Source: Piromyces finnis finn
Lineage: Eukaryota > Fungi > Neocallimastigomycota
DNA length: 16,335 bases
Direction: 5' to 3'
NCBI GenBank assembly: GCA_002104945.1
Contig: MCFH01000212.1
Coordinates: 1 to 16,335, forward strand
Below, one piece after another: positions 10,260-16,335 of this stretch. Under the pieces are notes generated by a model, which saw nothing but the letters and a program-made list of their open reading frames with translations, was not told the origin of the DNA and did no database searches. Every line of letters starts with the position of its first letter. Within the stretch, counting starts at the first letter, position 1. The position numbers were made by a program, and so were the translations under genes.

Positions 10260-11129
10260 ATATCATTTTAATAATACAATAAAAAAAATAATATTACAAA
10301 TAATATTTACATATTTTTTTACAATGTTAATAAAAAAGTAAATCCTATTAATATTAATAAAAATAAAAAAAATATTCTCTTCATTTATAACTATGAATTT
10401 GAACACTAGCAAATTATTAAATATTTTTGATTAATATTGAATTTATATAATTTTTAATATATAATATATATTTACTATAATTATCAAATCTTAATTTCAA
10501 AGAGAGAGCATTTTAAGCATTTTTTTTAATACATTATAATCTGTAAACATTTAAAAAAAGGTTTCCATTATATAAATTTATGTATAAATATTAATTAAAT
10601 TCTTATTAGGTATCATCTGGTAACTCTATTTTTTTTTTTACAAATTTTATTTCCCTCGTAATAAATAGGTTATTAAATACCTTCATTATATTTTATTATA
10701 TCATCAAGATTTCTACTTTTTGACATAGTAAAGGTTAAAGGAAACCATTTAAAAATAAAACAGCCAAATTTCTTAAAAGATCAAACTAAATGAAAAATTG
10801 GAATATATAAATTAAATAATGCCTAAACATAGTTTGTCACATAAAATGGAACAAAATCATTAAATAATTATTATTCCTCTCTGGCAAAGATTTAAAATTA
10901 ATTTTTTTTTAATTAATAAATACAATTTTTTAACTTTTTTTATTTTATTTGTTATTTCAATTTTTTTTTTCTTTTTTTTTCAATGTAATGTACAATACTT
11001 TTCTATATCTCTATTTCTTCTTATTCTATTTTAGTGTTTTGTTAAATAAATTATTTTTAAATATATTATATTATATACATATTTAAATGTTTTAAAATGA
11101 GGAGCATAATTTTTTTCCCCTTCATTTGC

Positions 11130-11402
11130 CTAATGATTGATAAGACCTTCAAAAAGGTTCTTATCAGCCTTGACTGGAATTGGAGAAGCTTCAATGAATG
11201 GGTTCTTTTCACTGTCTCTCTTGTTAATACCTTCGGCCTTTAAAAGACCTTCAAAAAGGTTCTTATCAGCCTTGACTGGAATTGGAGAAGCTTCAATGAA
11301 TGGATTTTTACCATTAACATCATTTTCACTTATTGGAGCAGATATAACAGTTGAAGCAAAGTAAATGAAAGAAAGAATGATATTGATATTTTTGAATTGC
11401 AT
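11130..11402 (-). CDS. Small secreted repeat-peptide precursor (KEP/pheromone/RiPP-precursor-like), 90 aa
   Basis: Signal peptide MQFKNINIILSFIYFASTVISA. KNPFIEASPIPVKADKNLFEGL occurs twice with a 34-aa period, and the copies are separated by a KR dibasic site. GC is elevated and codon use is host-like (ggt, gct, gaa). The differences just outside the identical 60-bp block are synonymous (AAA AAT versus AAG AAC). Confidence 0.8.
   Translation of the reverse strand: MQFKNINIILSFIYFASTVISAPISENDVNGKNPFIEASPIPVKADKNLFEGLLKAEGINKRDSEKNPFIEASPIPVKADKNLFEGLINH
11142..11303. repeat. Direct repeat, identical 60-bp blocks (11142-11201 and 11244-11303), 102-bp period
   Basis: aagaccttcaaaaaggttcttatcagccttgactggaattggagaagcttcaatgaatgg occurs twice. 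Confidence 0.95.
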
Positions 11403-12770
11403 CTTTAATTAATATACTTTTGAAATATTTAATATTTTTAATAAAAAGGTTATTCTTTTTATATATAATTGATTCAATTTTATTAATGTATTCTTTTTTT
11501 TTATTGTTTTATGTTTTTAATTTTAGAAAAATAAAAAAGTATTTTTAAATCATTTTATATAAAAATATTTTTTTTACAGAAATTTTATTTTATATGGTTT
11601 TTAGATATATTAATAATACATTAATAATAAATAAATCATATTAAATATTTCTTTTTTTTCAATTTTAAAAAGTTTTCAATTAATGAAATTTAATTTATAT
11701 AGATTAAATATTAATATACGGTTCATCTGAATAACAAACTTTAAATACTAATAAAATATATTTTTAATATGAAGTTTTTATTGAATGCAAAATCTTTTTA
11801 AATATTGATTTATTTTACTTTTACTAATATTTTCACTAAAAATATATATTTTTTTTAAAGTTTTATCGTTTAAATGATCAAGTAATAATATTTTATTGTA
11901 AAAAAAAAAGTTATTTATATAATAAATATATATACTAAAATAATCCTTTAACAGCTATTTTAAATATTATATCAAGAGTTAAATAATAAAACTTTCAAAA
12001 AGAAATATTAAGCATATAATTAATATTATAATATTTAAAATTGACGATCATTTTTACTTAAAATATTAAATGAGTTTCTATTTGTTCAATCCAAGAAAAA
12101 AAAAAAAAATATTATAAATATGATTTGGTGAGAAGGAAAATCTTTACACATGAAAAAGTGAAAAATGAAAAAAATTAAACTACCATAAAAACTCTTAGAA
12201 TTATCATATTAGCTTTTTTCTTATTGATTTGATATAAATAATATTCTTTGACGATGATGGTATTATTATCAATAATAACGAATGAATTTATAAACTTAAA
12301 CAACAGCTATATATAATATATATAATAGTATTGGTAAAAGTATTATAAAAGTAATACATCATAAAAAATTTATTCTATATTTCTATCCTTTTATAAAAAA
12401 AAAAAAAAAAAAAGATTAAAATTAATAAAAGTTTATAAAGATTTAACCTATACAAAAAAAACTCTATAATCTTTTATTTTAGCAATCAATTATACTACTT
12501 TAATAAATATTAAAAATAATAATAAACTTTAAAGTATAATAAAAATATTTGGGAAAATTTTATTGATCCTCATTTATAGATTTATAGGATAGAGGTGTAA
12601 AAAGGAGTTTTTTTTTTTCTTTAAGGATTCTAAAAAGTTGAAAAGAAAGTGATAATATTAATACATAATATTATTAAAAAAGGATAAAAGTATTTTATTC
12701 ATCAATAAAAAAAAGAAAAGAAAAGAAACCAATACCAATTTATCATATTTATTAATTGAAAAAAAGAAAA

Positions 12771-12799
<29 letters not shown>
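12771..12799. repeat. (AAT)n microsatellite
   Basis: About 9 consecutive AAT units. Confidence 0.8.
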
Positions 12800-12801
<2 letters not shown>

Positions 12802-13654
12802 TAAAAAAACTATTTTAATTTTTCTTAAAATCTATTATAGAATAAAAGATATAACAATAATAAAATGCCATTTATATAAATAGTTAGATAAGGGAAAAAA
12901 AAAAAAAACTATAAAAGTTTAATATTAATAAATCAGATAAATTAAATAGGTTATTAGATAAACTAGCTTTTTTATTGTTGTCATGTCATTATTATGGTAC
13001 CGGAAGAAAATGTTTTAAAGTTTTTTTTTTTTTTTTTCATTATCGTTTAATATTGACAACTTTTTTTAATCCATATAGAAAACAACTTTTATGGCGATAG
13101 TTTAATAAAAAATGTTTTTTTTTTTTTTTTTTTTTAATTTACCATGATTTAATATTTATTAGTTTTATAAACACCTGTATGACATATAATTAACACAAAA
13201 AAGAGTTAAATTTATTATTAATTTGCTTACTTTTTTTTTTTTTTTTTTGCTTTTATGCTTTTTATTATTATTAATTTATTAATAAAATAATCAATTTCTT
13301 TGGGTTAAATATTTATTCATAATAATAATAATATATTAATCTTTTTATAATAATGGAAAATAAATAGTCATTTAATCATTAAAATAAGTTATATTGGATA
13401 AATAATAGGGAAAAAAAAAAAAAGAAAAGAAAAACAATATATGTACTATTACTTTAAATTTCTTTTTTTTTTTTTTATTCATTAAAATAAAATATATAAA
13501 TATTAAAAAAAAATATTTCTATATAATATCTATTTAACTCTATTTTTTTTCTTATTCTTCTTTTATATATATTGTTATGCCTTTTTTTTTTAAAAAAAAA
13601 AAAAAAAAATGGAGTTAAGTCTAATATATTAAAAAAAAAAAGTAATAATAATAA

Positions 13655-15784
13655 TTAATGCATGATGAATAAAGTGGCAATACCAACTAATAATAAAATT
13701 TTTAAGCTAGAGATAGAATATGCGATAATACTACCACTTTTGGCAGTGTAGGAATCATCATTCCATTGAACACTGCTTGTAAATTTAACAGATTTTACAG
13801 ATTTGTCATTGACATTAATCCAAGCCGTTGTGGGTCCATACCAAGTTTTTCAATAGAATCTACTGTAGACTTATCAAATTCGGTATTTTTAATAGCTAAT
13901 AATGGAACTTTACATTCACCAGTAGTAGCCTTTACCTTAATTTCAGATATTTTAAAGGAGGAATCATCAACTACCATTGTGTATTTTGGCTTACATTGTT
14001 CTTTACTTATTCTTGTTAAATAGGTTTGAGCAAGGTTATCCATTTTAATTGAAACTAATGGCCAATTCATATACTTTTGAATTTCTTCGGTAACTCTTTC
14101 AACCCATTGTTGTAACATACCATACTTACCCTTACCAGAACCAATACTAACTTCTTTGAAATCGCTATTTCTTAAATTACCTTCATGGAACATATATGGG
14201 TCATGTCTTAATTTTAAAAAGTTTTTGGCATGAAGATCTGCTTCTTCGTTCAAGTGTTGTTCCATGTAACATTAGTTCTGTCTGGGTATCTCATTTTATA
14301 AACTTCCATATTTTCTTCGATTGTTGAACAATCCCAGTAAACTTGTGGTGGTTGACGTGGAATTACAACAAAACCATCAAAGTTGGAAGTAGTCATATTA
14401 GTAATAAATGGAAGATAAAAGTTTTCTGGAGAAACGTCAACACGAGAAGTATCACCTACAGCATAATAAACTTCATTATCAGTTAAAGCTTTTAATGCAT
14501 CACCATTATGAAGTCCACTGATTTCTGGTGTAACAATACTATGTTTAGAGTAACAATCTCTATCATACATGCCAAGATATGGTTCTTTACTCATTTTAAT
14601 ATTTTCTTTTGATTCTAAATCAGTATCACGATAGGATGCATAATCAAGTTTTTGGTGACTGAATGTATGAGTTAACCAGAAGAAATTATCTTGATTGTCG
14701 TGATTCTTAAAATGTTTATAAAGTTTATCATCTTGTAAAATTTTATCATCCCAATCATCATCAAATTTTCTGGCCATCTGCTACTACCATGTTCATTTAA
14801 TGGCTTCTTGTATTCATATGGGAAAAGGTAATCTGTCCAGTTTCTAATTTCATATTGTTTATGTTGAGCTTTGTTAAAATGTGAATACCATTAATAGCTA
14901 ATTCAACTTTAAAATCTGAACCTTTTGGCATACGTGAGGAAATATCCTTTTGCCATTTGGCAATATTTTCCATATCTTCAACAGAAGTTCTATAGTGGTG
15001 CATCTGGAGTGGCTGAACAATCAGAACTGTTGAAACAATTATCTGTGAAATAATCATCAACTTGAATTTCAAAGAATAGTCTTCTATAACCATCAATCAA
15101 ACCATAATTAATATATGAAATCCAAAGATGACTTGCAAAATAGGCAATATGAGAATCGATAAATGGTATCCAGAAATGAATTGATTCTATACCATTACTA
15201 TTAACAAGAGCACCAGCATAAGCTTCTATATCAGTATATTTAAGAGAGGTTTTATAGAATCCTTAATAATTGGATCAACTTCGTAGTGAGTATATTGAAT
15301 ACATTGAAAGTTAGTATCAAGAATACAAGTTCCAACAGTGAATTGAACATCTTTACCATTCATTTGGTATTTACTGGCTAATTCATAACCTTGATCGGTT
15401 AAAACTACATTTCTCATGAAAATGGATTGTTGACTGTTTGCCGCAACACTTTGATCTGGTTCACTGTTAAGGTAAGCAATTCTAATTTTGTATTTTTTTT
15501 TGAATATTCTTCAATTTGAGCTTTAATTCCAGATAAAGTTTCTTGTTTGGCATTTTCAATAACAATAGAATTATATAAAGCTACATTGTCTTTTTCTAAA
15601 ACTAAAGATTGGCTGGTAAATTGAACAATATCATAGTTCATACCATAACTATCGAGCATTGAACTTACCATTGAATTAAGTCTTTTTCAGTTAAATATAA
15701 AGTATTCATATCATTTCAAATGCAAAAACACTTGAAATCAGTTGCTACAAATAGAGTAGCAACATTTATTATTTTTTTAATCAT
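13655..15784 (-). CDS. agd3: Agd3-like (CE18) carbohydrate deacetylase, ~710 aa, with signal peptide and GPI-type C-terminus; interrupted by ~10 single-base indels (sequencing errors or pseudogene)
   Basis: Stitching adjacent frames gives MIKKIINVATLFVAT-ISSVFA (ATG at 15784)...RRLFFEIQVDDYFT...YRTSVEDMENIAKWQKDISSRMPKGSDF...FFWLTHTFSHQ...TPEISGLHNGDALKAL...VGDTSR...VVIPR...LRHDPYMFHEGNLR...MLQQWVERVTEEIQKYMNWPLVSIK...SG-SIIAYSISSLKILLLVGIATLFIMH* (stop at 13655-13657). The QVDD, HTFxH, GLHN.DAL and HDPYMFH..NLR motifs are hallmarks of Aspergillus Agd3-family deacetylases as I recall them. The symbol denotes family only. Confidence 0.85.
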
Positions 15785-16335
15785 TTTAATATATATTATT
15801 TATTCTTTCAGTATGTAAATACTTTCTTTTTTGTATATTAATTAAAAAAGGGTATTAAAATAAATATGTGTTTATTAGACAAAAAAAAAATATTTATTTT
15901 TATTTATATTTTAGTAATAGTCATTAAATTGATTAATTTTTTGGATTTTTTAAATTTTCTCTAGAATAATTTCTTTTTTTTTTTTTTTTCTAAATACTTA
16001 ATAAGGAAGGTAAAAGTAGTGGTGGTAATAATGCATAATTAATTGAATTTATTAAAATATAGTTTAATTATCTAAATTTTTCTTTATAATCATATTAATT
16101 GTATTTAAATTAAATTTAATAAATTTAATTATAAATTGTTATATATATATTATTGTACATATTATGTATATTATAATGTATTTATTATTAATCAAATGAT
16201 GTAGTAAGAAATATTATATAATAGAATTAATACATTAAGTATATTACAAATTTAATAAAAAATTTACTTAATTATTATATTTACCAATTATATATATACT
16301 ATATTATATAGATTTTAATTATTTAAAAATAAATT

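Noticed and set aside
11142-11303. Direct repeats with spacer as a CRISPR-like array
   Set aside because: Only two 60-bp copies, in-frame coding, in a eukaryotic context.
11137-11364. 75-aa + strand ORF with repeat
   Set aside because: Antisense shadow of the signal-peptide-bearing precursor; synonymous variation fits the minus-strand frame.
13766-14023. 85-aa + strand ORF
   Set aside because: Antisense to the Agd3-like coding sequence.
15741-15763. gttgctac...gtagcaac hairpin
   Set aside because: Only an 8-bp stem, inside signal-peptide codons (VATLFVAT); probably coincidental.

Overview
Extremely AT-rich eukaryotic DNA with long homopolymers, (TAA)n tracts and a short GT-AG intron. The composition and gene families suggest an anaerobic gut fungus (Neocallimastigomycota); this is an inference. 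Five gene-like loci are supported. (1) A two-exon Ecl1-like zinc-finger gene (3354-4044, +). (2) An intronless block of three abutting ORFs (4758-7031, -) that probably form one ~750-aa protein, with motifs reminiscent of the poxvirus/NCLDV early transcription factor large subunit. (3) A Cys-rich single-pass membrane protein split by one indel (7232-7907, -). (4) A small secreted precursor with a near-exact internal repeat and a KR site (11130-11402, -), resembling a Kex2-processed repeat peptide precursor. (5) An Agd3/CE18-type polysaccharide deacetylase with a signal peptide and GPI-like tail, broken by about 10 single-base indels (13655-15784, -). The first kilobase holds a foldback element and several hairpins. 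Frequent single-base indels in otherwise intact coding sequence suggest uncorrected long-read errors, so ORF boundaries need caution.
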